Source: Leucoraja erinacea (taxonomy: Eukaryota). From it: 64,000 nucleotides of DNA. The stretch is from contig NW_026576614.1 in NCBI RefSeq assembly GCF_028641065.1, positions 1 to 64,000 of the forward strand. The letters are read 5' to 3'. Shown here one piece after another: positions 62,691 to 64,000 of this stretch (position 1 is the stretch's first letter; every line of letters begins with the position of its first letter). Below the pieces are notes generated by a model. That model did no database searches and was not told the origin of the DNA. It saw only the letters and a list, made by a program, of their open reading frames with translations. The position numbers were made by a program, and so were the translations under genes.

Positions 62691-64000
62691 AACCCAAACC
62701 ACCCAAACAACCATTTGCAGGCAGTGCTTTTTTATTTCAAACTAACCATATTTTCATTTTCAAACCACATTAAGGGTACTTACTCACAGGTGTGAAGAAA
62801 TTTGTTCAGTGTCATTCAGAGCTCAGAGTGTCCTCCATGTTGCAGAGACGAATTGAGGCACACCACTTCCTGGTTTTATAGTCCCTCCCCCTCCCTACAG
62901 CAGGGGCAGCAGAGAGAATGGGGAATGTTGTAAAAACATCAATATCTCTGTCATTTTTCATCGACGGGAAAAATCCTCGGCACACATGCGGCGGAGGGGG
63001 GCTGTGAGCAAGGTGGCCAAAAATGATGGCCGTAGGTGGCGGCGTTCTCTCGGACATCGCAGCAGAGACGGCCAAAAGCGGTCTAGAACAGAGATTTAGT
63101 AATATAGATTAATTATGATTTGGACGAGGGAATTGAATGCAACATCTCCAAGTTTGTGGATGACACGAAGCTGGAGGGCAGTGTTAGCTGTGAGGAGGGT
63201 GCTAGGAGGCTGCAAGGTGACTTGGATAGGTTGGGTGAGTGGGCAAATTCATGGCAGATGCAGTATAATGTGGATAAATGTGAGGTTATCCACGTTGGTG
63301 GCAAGAACAGGAAAGTAGACTATTATCTGAATGGTGACCGATATGAAAAGGGGAGATGCAACGAGACCTGGGTGTCATGGTACACCAGTCATTGAAAGTA
63401 GGCATGCAGGTGCAGCAGGCAGTGAAGAAAGCGAATGGTATGTTAGCATGCATATCAAAAGGATTTGAGTATAGGAGCAGGGAGGTTCTACCGCAGTTGT
63501 ACAGGGCGTTGGAGAGACCACACCTGGAGTATTGCGTACAGTTTTGGTCTCCTAATCTGAGGAAAGACATTCTTGGCATAGAGGGAGTACAGAGAAGGTT
63601 CACCAGACTGATTCCTGGGATGGCAAAACTTTCATACGAAGAAAGACTGGATAGACTCGGCTTGTACTTGCTAGAATTTAGAAGATTGAGGGGGGATCTT
63701 ATAGAAACTTACAAAATTCTTAAGGAGTTGGACAGGCTAGATGTAAGAAGATTGTTCCCGATGTTGGGGAAGTCCAGAACAAGGGGTCGCAGTGTAAGTA
63801 TAAGGGTGAAATCTTTTAGGACCGAGATGCGAAAAACATTTTTCACACAGAGAGTGGTGAATCTGTGGAATTCTCTGCCACAGAAGGTAGTTGAGGCCAG
63901 TTCATTGGCTATATTTAAGAGGGAGTTAGATGTGGCCCTTGTGGCTAAAGGGATCAGGGGGTATGGAGAGAAGGCAGGTACAGGATACTGAGTTGGATGA

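Larger units (their letters stand above)
60351..63108 (-). mobile_element. Non-autonomous Helitron
   Basis: Minus strand starts A|TCTATATTACTAAA and ends hairpin CAGACCC-AAC-GGGTCTG then CACTTGGTCTAG|T; A/T target, no TSD; removal restores the CR1 sequence apart from 3 extra nt. Confidence 0.85.
56485..64000 (+). mobile_element. Long CR1 LINE (near-complete ORF2) split by four nested insertions
   Basis: Colinear pieces 56485-56645, 56790-57230, 58198-59009, 59716-60350, 63109-64000 running LCLNARSI to APE to RT to 3' end. Confidence 0.9.

Noticed and set aside
60846-62795. Long Pro/Ser/Leu and Gly/Glu/Arg ORFs (also 47383-47944)
   Set aside because: Artifacts of low-complexity G/A tracts and the N gap

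Overview
Vertebrate genomic DNA, most likely a cartilaginous fish and probably a skate or ray (inferred from the Ig light-chain type and the CR1/HE1-type repeats). The only host genes are two minus-strand immunoglobulin light-chain clusters of the type I / NS5 / sigma-cart class (leader - V and J already fused in frame - C), one in each unit of a ~19-21 kb tandem duplication (1-18647 and 18648-39650). Copy 1 (4863-6979) is intact and encodes 246 aa. Copy 2 (26080-28764) has a 1-nt loss at the C-exon splice acceptor and a TGC>TGA change removing the terminal cysteine. The two VJ exons differ mostly by replacement changes in the CDRs, about half in tandem runs. The rest is largely nested mobile DNA: many CR1 LINEs, tRNA-derived SINEs, Penelope-like elements with hammerhead-ribozyme cores, L1, L2 and Rex1 fragments, a Passport-like Tc1 carrying a full-length RNase H-bearing (I/Nimb-type) LINE with complementary 5' and 3' UTRs, and a non-autonomous Helitron holding a ~2 kb G-rich tract and an assembly gap. 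All alignments and counts were done by eye; repeat boundaries are approximate unless a junction is quoted.
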